Made by a program: the position numbers and the translations under genes. 64,000 bases of DNA from IMG/VR virus record IMGVR_UViG_3300023440_000001, positions 1 to 64,000 of that record; one strand, written 5' to 3'. Shown one piece after another: positions 55,377 through 63,772 of the stretch. The notes under the pieces are model-generated. The model had not been told where the DNA came from. It searched no databases and saw only the letters and a program-made list of their open reading frames with translations. Position 1 is the stretch's first letter; the number at the start of each line of letters is the position of its first letter. Source of the DNA: a virus.

Positions 55377-58067
55377 ATGGCTAATTTAAGTCATGCAATC
55401 CGCGTAGGCAACAAGGAATATACGTTGCCTCGCGCTGGTCTCCGTCTTCAGCTGACCATCCGTGAACTGGAAGACGGTCAGTTGGAGATTACGGAGCAAC
55501 ACGTCCCGACGCGGCCCTATCTGGACCACGTTCTGGGAGAGGACTACATTGTAGTTACCTCGAACAGTAAGGTCTGGTTCCAGCGAGCCGTTGTTGGGAT
55601 GGAACCCACCATTGCCGGGTGGAGTGTGGCCGCCGGTTATTTCAAGACCGGCTGGGTTACGCTCTTCCTGACGCCTGGTAGGAAAGAGTTTCTCTGGGCT
55701 CGGGATAAACTCGGCTTACTGGTCGAGGGTAACCTGGATAAGGCGTTCAAGTACGTCAAACGGTTATATGCGCCTTATCAGGCTCACACCTTCGTACCAG
55801 TGAGCGATGTCAAGTATCGTATCATTGAGTACGATGGTGACCTCGGCCGTGTACTGGAGGGTGCTGTTCTTATTCGCCATTCTGCTGCCAACAAATGGTT
55901 TGGCGGCAACATCAAGGTAGGTGAAATCCTGAAGTTCACCGCCTTGACAGTTGAAGGGATGGTGAAGGGTCACGCCCTCGTCTTACCAGATTCCCGTTTG
56001 AGCTACGACTTCGTGTCGTATGAAATCAAACGGGAAGTACGATCAACATCCGGTGAGATGTTTGTCGGTATGATTGGTCGTGCTATTGGCCACGATTGGG
56101 CTAGGACTGATATTCAGTCCTTGACCAATTTCGAGTTGGCCAGTTTCTTCCATGAAGAAACCAGGGCCTTCTTGGATGAGGTCGAGACCCACATCATGGA
56201 TCCAGAGTGGCTGCGTGAAAAGCTGGCGGTTTATGCCACTCTGGATGACGATCCTGATGCTGGTCAGACTGCAATGAAGCTTGTACAGGCTTTAAAGCAG
56301 TTTGACAATCCTCTAGAGTTTCCGTTCATGAAACGGTCCATCATCAATACATTCCTGAAGATGATGACTGATCCTGGACGGGGACGAGTCATCACCCATA
56401 AAGCCATAAAACGCTATCTCTTCCCGGATATGACCGCCTTTAATCATAAAGGCGAGTTCATGGGAGAAGGTAGCGGCGTGCTTGGCCATGCCAGCGTATT
56501 CGCCGGAAGCAATGTGGAAGGCGATGTGGTATTTCATCGCCAACCCAATGCGGAAGGCGAGTACTATCCGGCTGTGGCCATAGTCAGCGAAAAGCTGGCT
56601 GAACTTGAGGGTCACGCACTGTTTTACAGTGTGGCTGACCTGAAAGAGGCGGCCTATATGCTGGAAGTGCTGGGTGGTGGTGATAATGATGATGGTGTCA
56701 TCGTCTGGTATGACCCGGATGTTGTGGAGCACTTTCTGGATCTGCCCATGGTGGATCCGGATAAGCGCTTTGGTAATCCGGAGAAGAAGGATGTGGTTGA
56801 GATCCCAATAGGTCTTACACCGCAGAACTTCTTCCGCCTTGTCAACGAGAAGATTGGTATGCGCGACTTCATTGGTAAAGTCGTGAATGCCATGTTTATC
56901 GGCAAGGCCCCTGTGTCTGGACCAAGCATTTGGTTTGGTGCCAACCAGGAAAGTCTCATTGATACCAACGTAAAGATGGGACAGCTGGATGGTACCGAAC
57001 ATCCGCTAGTGGCTCTGGCAAATGAGCAGGATGAGACGATCAAGGTCGTTGCTGCTCATACTAGAGGTCGTTGGTCCAAACGGCTCCGGGAGCGTGTTGA
57101 GGCCGGTGAGGTTCAAGTGATCGAAACTGAACTCACCAAAGCTCTCAACTATGCCTGGGAACGGGTGAGTGCGATTGAAAAAGAGATCAATCGCAGCACT
57201 CTATATCCTCAGGTGCCAATGGATGTCTTGCGTGTGCCTGAAGATAAAGTAGCAGCTGGTGCTGCAAAGGATATCCGGGTGCTCTGGGGTAAGTTCTGGG
57301 CTGAACATCGTCCAGAAGACGATGAACAGTTCCGAGAACTGTATCGCCAGGCGAGCGAGCTCGTGGTACTAGAACTTGCTCAGTACAGCTACAGCACACA
57401 GATCTATATTGTGGCTGAGTTGTACAAATGGGTGTATTTCACCCGCGAGCTCAATACCGAAGTTCTAACAAAGATCGCCGCCGGTGAGGCTAGTTACCCG
57501 GACGGCGTCTTGTGGACCTCAGATGTGGAAGAGATGCGTGGAACAGCCACCTTGCTGTTCGACCTCTTCCGCATGTTAGGCACGGGCTTCATCTGGCGGA
57601 AGGTCTCTAACCTGAAGCCGGATTATCGGAAAGGTGAGTTTGAAGTCATCGTTGCCCGCAATGAGGTCAAACTGGCATCCGGCCGTGTCATCGGATTTGT
57701 GAAAGCACCGAATGGTCGCTTTACGATGAAACACGGCTGGATTGCCGTGCCACAGACATTCTACACTGTGCCTGAGTCTACAAAGGCTGTGACCATCGTC
57801 AACGGGTGGTCGTCGGCTATTAAAGCAGGCCAGGCATCTGAAGATGATGTCGAGGCATGGAAGGCAGCCAACGCAGACAAAGTCGCTGAGCTGGTCTACA
57901 CAACTTACAACAATAAGCCTGCCGTCGAAGTTCGAGTTGATGGCGAGCTTATCGGGTATGTGGCCATCAGCGGCGTTAATACTCTGCGCATGGCAGGCAA
58001 TCCAACCCAGGTTAAAATCACCCGGCAGGGATCTTCTCAGATGACCCTGCTGGGTCTGATTCAGTAA
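55377..58067 (+). CDS. Single-chain two-barrel RNA polymerase (YonO / eukaryotic RdRP-like), 896 aa
   Basis: In order: EGAVLI, K..KGHAL (55932-55967), FHRQP (56532-56546), LGGGDNDDG (56670-56696), IGKVVN, SLIDTNVK; AAAGGAGG RBS before the ATG at 55377. Confidence 0.72.
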   Translation: MANLSHAIRVGNKEYTLPRAGLRLQLTIRELEDGQLEITEQHVPTRPYLDHVLGEDYIVVTSNSKVWFQRAVVGMEPTIAGWSVAAGYFKTGWVTLFLTPGRKEFLWARDKLGLLVEGNLDKAFKYVKRLYAPYQAHTFVPVSDVKYRIIEYDGDLGRVLEGAVLIRHSAANKWFGGNIKVGEILKFTALTVEGMVKGHALVLPDSRLSYDFVSYEIKREVRSTSGEMFVGMIGRAIGHDWARTDIQSLTNFELASFFHEETRAFLDEVETHIMDPEWLREKLAVYATLDDDPDAGQTAMKLVQALKQFDNPLEFPFMKRSIINTFLKMMTDPGRGRVITHKAIKRYLFPDMTAFNHKGEFMGEGSGVLGHASVFAGSNVEGDVVFHRQPNAEGEYYPAVAIVSEKLAELEGHALFYSVADLKEAAYMLEVLGGGDNDDGVIVWYDPDVVEHFLDLPMVDPDKRFGNPEKKDVVEIPIGLTPQNFFRLVNEKIGMRDFIGKVVNAMFIGKAPVSGPSIWFGANQESLIDTNVKMGQLDGTEHPLVALANEQDETIKVVAAHTRGRWSKRLRERVEAGEVQVIETELTKALNYAWERVSAIEKEINRSTLYPQVPMDVLRVPEDKVAAGAAKDIRVLWGKFWAEHRPEDDEQFRELYRQASELVVLELAQYSYSTQIYIVAELYKWVYFTRELNTEVLTKIAAGEASYPDGVLWTSDVEEMRGTATLLFDLFRMLGTGFIWRKVSNLKPDYRKGEFEVIVARNEVKLASGRVIGFVKAPNGRFTMKHGWIAVPQTFYTVPESTKAVTIVNGWSSAIKAGQASEDDVEAWKAANADKVAELVYTTYNNKPAVEVRVDGELIGYVAISGVNTLRMAGNPTQVKITRQGSSQMTLLGLIQ

Positions 58068-58147
58068 TAAACTAACCAAGAACATTGAGAAGACCCCGAT
58101 AGCCATTCAGGTTGTCGGAGTTTTCTGTTAGAAAAGAGGTAAAGACA

Positions 58148-59203
58148 ATGTTAGAAGCCCTCAAATCCTGGTGGGTCATCGTCCAGAACACAGGAAAGTG
58201 CTTTGGATGTGCCTACTGTATCATTTCACAACGAAAGGATTTAGGTGGGATGTATGCAGAGGTGGCTATCGGTGACTTGCCATCGAAGTATCTGGGTGAT
58301 CGTGGACGTGACATCCCCGTGGTTATTGATAACTACTTCGGGGATCCGTCCACACAACAGGATCACCTGAGACAGGCCCTGATGGCCTTAAAAGAAGACG
58401 GCCATCGTGGACCTATTGGCATCATCACAAAAGGGAAGTTCGGCCGACAGACGATTGATCTGTTGGCCAGCATTCCCAATGTGGTGGTGCTGCAGTCCAT
58501 ATCGGGACTGCCTAGAAGCATAGAACCCGCAAAACTGGAGACGCGTGTCGAGAATATGCGTCGTCTGGTGGAGGCAGGGATTAAGACTATCGCTTACCTG
58601 CGACCAATTATCGCAGGGTATAATGATAGCCCAGAATCCCTGCAACGGGTTCTGAATCTAATTAAGCTCACCGGAGTCGATACCGTTGTGTACTCCGGCT
58701 TCCGGATAACAGAAGAGACCCGGAAACTGATGGAAGCCAACGGTATTGACATGTCTGGTTTCAAGGAAGATCCGGAACACAAACAGATGCCGGAAGAGGC
58801 TCGTGAATTCATCGAGACTTACGGACACTCAATCGGATTGAAGGTGTTCCGGAAGACTTCCTGCGGGGTTAGCTATCTGTTGGGCACGTCAGACTATAAT
58901 GCCCACTGGAGTAATCCCACAAAGTACGAGTGCCAGAACTGCCCAAATCTCGGCAAATGTTTGCCGAAGTTAAAGTCAGTGGCAGTCCGGGAATCCGTAT
59001 GCAAACCCAAATGTCCACACCAATGTTCCAGTTGCCCATTCTTGAAGGACAACCAGGTACATCTGACTGGTAAATGGACCCTGGGTGAGTTATCAGTAGC
59101 CCGGTGGATACTTGGTCAGCAGGTAACGGCTGGGGAGATTATTAACACGCCGGGTATACTGAATGTTGAAAAGCTCCGCAACTTAAAGAAGGAGGTGAAA
59201 TAA
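58148..59203 (+). CDS. Radical SAM protein (SplB-like) with extra C-terminal Cys clusters
   Basis: CFGCAYC, IITKG, SISGL..IEP, LRPIIAGYND; C-terminal CQNCPNLGKC and CPHQCSSC. Confidence 0.75.
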   Translation: MLEALKSWWVIVQNTGKCFGCAYCIISQRKDLGGMYAEVAIGDLPSKYLGDRGRDIPVVIDNYFGDPSTQQDHLRQALMALKEDGHRGPIGIITKGKFGRQTIDLLASIPNVVVLQSISGLPRSIEPAKLETRVENMRRLVEAGIKTIAYLRPIIAGYNDSPESLQRVLNLIKLTGVDTVVYSGFRITEETRKLMEANGIDMSGFKEDPEHKQMPEEAREFIETYGHSIGLKVFRKTSCGVSYLLGTSDYNAHWSNPTKYECQNCPNLGKCLPKLKSVAVRESVCKPKCPHQCSSCPFLKDNQVHLTGKWTLGELSVARWILGQQVTAGEIINTPGILNVEKLRNLKKEVK

Positions 59204-60141
59204 TGAAGACCTTCTTTAAGCCCAGTGGAGCTGCATGTCCACAAGGCTGTGCGTATTGCATTGTGGACATGAATCCCAACCGCCGGAAGGAGTATCTGGA
59301 GTCAGTTCTGTACTTCATGAACTCCTTCGTGGCGATAAACATCATGCCTGAACGGAGGGACCAACATCTTGAAGAGATTCGAAACCTCGATTGGTCCCTC
59401 TTTTCGGGTGACTATCTGGGATTCCAGGGTGCATCAGAACCATTAATGTACAAACGTACCCTGTTTGATATCCTGGGCAAGGCCAGGCAATTCGGCTTCA
59501 AGGTAGCGATTTGTTCCAAGCTATCCATCGGCCGAAGATTGGCAAAAGAGCTGGCCGAGTTTCGGGATGTCTTGGACATTGAGATTTCATATGCCAAGCT
59601 CTCGGAACTGGAAAGGTCGGACGCCAAACGCCTGGCATCGATAGGAAATGCCCTGGAAGCTGGTTTCGACGTGCTGACAGTCATTCAGCCGTTTATATAC
59701 GGTTTGACGGATGTCAGACTCGAAGAGCTGATCCGGGAGCTGAAGAGCGTGGGAGCCACCTACGTCTCTGTGAATGGCTTCCGATATTCCAAGGCAATGG
59801 AATGGTGGGCCAGGCAGGTACTTCCACATCACATACTCCAGATGTATAGGGAGAATGAGGGTGTGGAATACCTGCCTGATCGGGGTCAGATAGAAGCCCG
59901 ACTAACAGCGGCCGGGTTCAAGGTAACCAAGATCTCTAAATGGTTACGAAGGAATGAATCCGGACGCTACAAGGACCCTGCCGAGGTGATTTCGAATATG
60001 AAACGTCTGGTTGGATTTAAAAGTCAAATAGACCCTTCTAATCCTGATTGGAGGGTCTGCGATAACGAACATCTTCGCGTAGCAAGCGATAGCAATAGTG
60101 AGATGCTTGCAAAGATGTTCGAAAGGAGAATGAACTTCTAA
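59203..60141 (+). CDS. Radical SAM protein (SplB-like)
   Basis: CPQGCAYC, ASEP, IQPFIYGLTD; coupled to the previous gene. Confidence 0.75.
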   Translation: MKTFFKPSGAACPQGCAYCIVDMNPNRRKEYLESVLYFMNSFVAINIMPERRDQHLEEIRNLDWSLFSGDYLGFQGASEPLMYKRTLFDILGKARQFGFKVAICSKLSIGRRLAKELAEFRDVLDIEISYAKLSELERSDAKRLASIGNALEAGFDVLTVIQPFIYGLTDVRLEELIRELKSVGATYVSVNGFRYSKAMEWWARQVLPHHILQMYRENEGVEYLPDRGQIEARLTAAGFKVTKISKWLRRNESGRYKDPAEVISNMKRLVGFKSQIDPSNPDWRVCDNEHLRVASDSNSEMLAKMFERRMNF

Positions 60142-60163
60142 ACAAAGAAAGGAGGTGATAACT

Positions 60164-60340
60164 ATGCGATACTACTGGCGCTGTCCGAGCTGTGCGCCGG
60201 ATGAGCAACACCCATGTGCTTCTCTCGAAGAAGCTCGTAAAGAACTTGAGAAGCACGAACGGGAAGTCCATAAAGGACGACCTGTGGGTGTGTTTGGTAA
60301 ATACTTTGCTCCTCCCTCCGCTTCGCTCCGCTCAAAGTAA
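60164..60340 (+). CDS. Small Zn-finger-like protein
   Basis: AAGGAGGT RBS; CPSC..HEREVH. Confidence 0.5.
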   Translation: MRYYWRCPSCAPDEQHPCASLEEARKELEKHEREVHKGRPVGVFGKYFAPPSASLRSK

Positions 60341-60371
60341 GTGCACACACGTAGTCTTTTAAGTTAACGCA

Positions 60372-60626
60372 ACTACCATTACGCACGCGGCGGCGCTGTC
60401 GCGCCTAAATCCTGTGGTAGGTTTCGGCCTACCATTCGTGGTTACCCGCACCACGGAGTAGCGTCCGAAGCGGGTAGGGACACTCCAGCCTGGCTGGAAT
60501 CCCTAGGGCTGCGCCGCACAGCCCGACGTGCCTTCTGGGTTAACGGAGGCACCTGGATCAAGCTCTGCTTGGCGGCAAAACCGGAGAAACGGCTGAGACT
60601 CCGGGCCTGGCAGAGCACGCGGTAGT
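60372..60626 (+). ncRNA. Candidate multi-hairpin structured RNA
   Basis: Seven nearly abutting hairpins closed by ACTACC/GGTAGT. Confidence 0.45.
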
Positions 60627-60659
60627 CCTCCCTAACTAACAAAGTTAAGGAGGTATGCT

Positions 60660-60932
60660 ATGAATAGCCGTGAAATCAAGTTCTTCTGGGGCGATAAGCT
60701 CATCGCCCGTATCTATCCGCTCAAAAAGGGCGGAGTTACGGTTGACTTATCGCCCTACGTCAACCGGTGCGGTATGCCGGGCCACCGGGTTGACGGAATG
60801 CACAAACCGGCACACGTCTTGGCCGGGATCGACCGGCTGTTGTCAAAATACAACGGCCATAAGATCCGGGCCAATTGCTCCGTTGCGGTCGCGGAGCAGA
60901 CCCTTCGGAAGTATATCGAAGGAAAGATATAA
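60660..60932 (+). CDS. Hypothetical protein
   Basis: TAAGGAGGT RBS. Confidence 0.65.
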   Translation: MNSREIKFFWGDKLIARIYPLKKGGVTVDLSPYVNRCGMPGHRVDGMHKPAHVLAGIDRLLSKYNGHKIRANCSVAVAEQTLRKYIEGKI

Positions 60933-60941
60933 GACCGCACA

Positions 60942-60989
60942 TGCCCCGCCTCGCTATCAGGCGACACCGGCTCGCGACCGAGCGGGGCG
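60942..60989 (+). repeat. 48-nt structured element, copy 1
   Basis: Homologous to 63693-63740 with compensatory changes. Confidence 0.7.
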
Positions 60990-61193
60990 CTAATGAGGCC
61001 TCCTCTCTGGGGGTCCGGGCAGAGTTTCCTCCTCCTTTTGCTCACCCGGGCTCCCAGTGAGTAGGTTCGCCCATCCGACTTACACCGCTATTCATAGGTG
61101 ACTGCCCCTAGGTTGGGGTCAGTCGGCAATGGGCACTGTGGCACCACGCCGGGCATGTCGCCGAAGTGGTGTCCAGCCATGGAGGAGTATACC

Positions 61194-61520
61194 ATGGCTA
61201 TCTATAATATGGAATTGAGTCAAACTTCAATGTCCGCCCCGAACGGTGGACCTGTATTCTTATTAAAGGTCGGGTTCGGCGACCCGGCAACCAACGCCGA
61301 GATCGTTCCGTTCGTCGCCGAAAACGCTCCCGACGCAAACGGCGCAGTACTGTTAATTAACGGGCCCGCCAGCCTTCCGGTGGCAATGGCGCTGGCTCAC
61401 AAATACGCTCATGTATTCGGGGCCGTGGCGGCCTTCGACCCGAAGTTATCCGGGTACGTAGTCGCCATTAGCCACGATCCCGAGTTACCGGTCGGCAAAG
61501 TGCTGAAGTTCGATATGTAA
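61194..61520 (+). CDS. csx3: Csx3/Crn3-like cyclic oligoadenylate ring nuclease
   Basis: 108 aa (GGAGGAG RBS): LLINGPASLPVAMALAHKYAH..FDPKL..YVVAISH. Confidence 0.75.
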   Translation: MAIYNMELSQTSMSAPNGGPVFLLKVGFGDPATNAEIVPFVAENAPDANGAVLLINGPASLPVAMALAHKYAHVFGAVAAFDPKLSGYVVAISHDPELPVGKVLKFDM

Positions 61521-61644
61521 TATGCCGACCGGCGACCTGGGCATGTCGTTAAACTGCCCCGTCGACCGGGCGACGTAAAATAGGCCTTAGGCCCGGTGCG
61601 GCTCCGCTTCGGCGGAGCGTGGTAACCAAACAACAGAGGTGACC

Positions 61645-62004
61645 ATGATCGATATTAAACGTGCCACATCGGGCGTCTATGCCGCTGGGCGCCTGATGAA
61701 TGACATAACTGCGGCGGCAATTCGCCTTGCGGATGAGCCGGCTGTCCGCGAGGCTATCAAAGCCGGGAAGGAAGTCATCGTTGATGTAGACTTCCGGACC
61801 GGTGAAGTCCGGCTGATAACCAACCCCAGCCGGGTCGGTGAATACCTGGCAAAGGCCGAACGTGTCTTCGAGCCCAGCCAGGTCACCGAAATGCCCTGGC
61901 CGCATTGGTGCCATGCCATGTGCGAAGCCGGGGCACAATGGACGGACTTCATCTACAAAGATGACATTGTAAATGAAGTCCGTGCCTGGCTGGATCAGCT
62001 GTAA
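61645..62004 (+). CDS. Hypothetical protein
   Basis: GAGGTG RBS. Confidence 0.6.
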   Translation: MIDIKRATSGVYAAGRLMNDITAAAIRLADEPAVREAIKAGKEVIVDVDFRTGEVRLITNPSRVGEYLAKAERVFEPSQVTEMPWPHWCHAMCEAGAQWTDFIYKDDIVNEVRAWLDQL

Positions 62005-62014
62005 GCTCGTCACT

Positions 62015-62061
62015 GCCACCGGTCTGGTGACCCGGAACGGGTTCGATTCCCGTTCGGTGGC
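62015..62061 (+). ncRNA. Minimal tRNA-like element without an anticodon arm
   Basis: GCCACCG/CGGTGGC stem, GTC-TGGT-GAC hairpin, ACGGG-TTCGATT-CCCGT T-arm. Confidence 0.5.
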
Positions 62062-62082
62062 CTAAGTGATTAAAGGAGGGAC

Positions 62083-62514
62083 GTGATGAAACGCATTGAA
62101 ATCAATGGAATGTCTCCGACACAGATAATGGAACGCTATGGCGTTCACCGCGGAACGGCTTATCGTGCCGTAAAGCGCGGGTATCTGTGCCTGGATTATC
62201 ATAAACGGCAGATTGTGATCGATCCGGCACGCGCCGAGGAGAACCTCGACCTGATTCAGATGGTCGTGGAGCAAACCCTCTGGCGTAAGTTCGGGTGGAT
62301 CCGCAATAAAGCCGACGCCCGCAGCGAAGCCATTCTCGGCCTGCTGGAGCTGACGGGTCATCCAGACTTTGGCAATAAGAACTGGATGATCACGGTTGTC
62401 CAGAATCGGCTGCGGGATTTCGCCAAGAAAGAACGTAATTACCTGCGCCGAGCCAGCAGCCTCGACGCAATGCCCAATTATGAGGCACTGCTGGTAGTGG
62501 CGCCTGAACTATAA
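62083..62514 (+). CDS. HTH plus sigma70 region-2-like protein
   Basis: N-terminal YGVHRGTAYRA; DARSEAILGLLE..WMITVVQNRLRDFAKKE..SLD. Confidence 0.45.
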   Translation: MMKRIEINGMSPTQIMERYGVHRGTAYRAVKRGYLCLDYHKRQIVIDPARAEENLDLIQMVVEQTLWRKFGWIRNKADARSEAILGLLELTGHPDFGNKNWMITVVQNRLRDFAKKERNYLRRASSLDAMPNYEALLVVAPEL

Positions 62515-62536
62515 ACCCAAAACACAGGAGGTACTT

Positions 62537-63124
62537 ATGAGACCCGTAAAGATCCTCACTCGGTTTACCGAAGACTTTGCGCGCATCTGGGAACCCATGT
62601 GGTTCGAAAACCCAGATGAAACGCGCCAGACAAACAGCTTCCGCGTGGCCAGAGAGTATTGCAAACGCCCACACCACCCGCCGGCAGTTTATCTGCGCCT
62701 TCCAGATGGTATGACACCTGACGATATGATTGGGAAGCTAGTAAACATCGTGATTACTGACGGGCCTAATGCCCGCGGTACAGAACGGATTCTCAAACTT
62801 CGTGTGTTCGAGGCCACCATCGCCACAACACCGAAGTATGAAACCGTTGTAGTAGGTTGGGGTGCTTACGGAAAGTGCGAGCCGGGTTATAAGGAACATA
62901 CTCCAGTAATCGGTAACATAGCTCAGACGATCGATTCCGCTGGTCGAGTTGAGGTAGCTGGTAACTTCGCCATTGTCCATCTGAGTCTGAGAACCTATTC
63001 CAGTACCGGTCGTGCCTGGTCTGATCTACACGTCCTGTTCAAGAAACCGGATATCGATATACCTGTATGGGACTACTGGCGCGGTATGAACCAAATTGTG
63101 CGCGACGAGATCTACCATGTCTGA
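62537..63124 (+). CDS. Hypothetical protein
   Basis: AGGAGGT RBS. Confidence 0.65.
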   Translation: MRPVKILTRFTEDFARIWEPMWFENPDETRQTNSFRVAREYCKRPHHPPAVYLRLPDGMTPDDMIGKLVNIVITDGPNARGTERILKLRVFEATIATTPKYETVVVGWGAYGKCEPGYKEHTPVIGNIAQTIDSAGRVEVAGNFAIVHLSLRTYSSTGRAWSDLHVLFKKPDIDIPVWDYWRGMNQIVRDEIYHV

Positions 63125-63273
63125 TATACAGATTGTGGGAGCTGCGGCTCCCCACAACCGGGTGCATCTGAGATAAGGTGTACCCAGTTGTGACTATTAA
63201 ACTGAGGAGGTGTGTCATGCCGCCTCAATTCCGGAGGCTTATGTTGAGCCAATTCAATTGGAGGAAACAGCCG

Positions 63274-63474
63274 ATGAAGCCAACTTATAATCTTAAGACC
63301 GCTCGACGGATCAACGACATCAAGTACGCCCGTAAGTATGCAAAACGGGCCGACCGTCGCAGCTACCGTCGTGGAATTGCCCGTGAATCACGGGCTATCA
63401 ATAAGGCCATCCGCCAGGAAGGCAAGATGCTTATTCGCCAGGCTCTGGAAGAGCTAGAACTGTACTACTATTAA
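63274..63474 (+). CDS. Small Arg/Lys-rich protein
   Basis: GGAGG before the ATG at 63274; start uncertain. Confidence 0.5.
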   Translation: MKPTYNLKTARRINDIKYARKYAKRADRRSYRRGIARESRAINKAIRQEGKMLIRQALEELELYYY

Positions 63475-63488
63475 ACCATGGAGGTACT

Positions 63489-63683
63489 ATGGAACACCTG
63501 TATCTGATTTCCAAGCACAACTACCAGTCCCTCGCGGACATGAAAGCAGCTGTTGATTTAATCCGTGAGATGGGTGCCAAGAACCGTGGTGTTTTCTACC
63601 CACTGTCTGGTTTTGTGTTTGCGCTTCCACGGCAGCTCAAGCCGTCTGAGAAGGAAGCGCTGCAGGTAGTTGATTTCAAGTAA
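63489..63683 (+). CDS. Small hypothetical protein
   Basis: GGAGGT RBS. Confidence 0.6.
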   Translation: MEHLYLISKHNYQSLADMKAAVDLIREMGAKNRGVFYPLSGFVFALPRQLKPSEKEALQVVDFK

Positions 63684-63692
63684 GCCGATTAA

Positions 63693-63740
63693 TGCCCCAC
63701 TTCGTTATCAGGCGACGCTGGTTCGCGACCAGGTGGGGCA
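63693..63740 (+). repeat. 48-nt structured element, copy 2
   Basis: Homologous to 60942-60989. Confidence 0.7.
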
Positions 63741-63772
63741 CTATCCACTAAAACAATGGAGGTGCAACTAGA

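Noticed and set aside
61700-61712. Near-matches to the promoter motif (ATGACATAACTG on + at ~61700; TAGTTATGTTTG at 26533)
   Set aside because: Mismatched at otherwise invariant positions, so not counted among the 11 copies.
62015-62061. A true tRNA gene
   Set aside because: Too short, with no anticodon arm.
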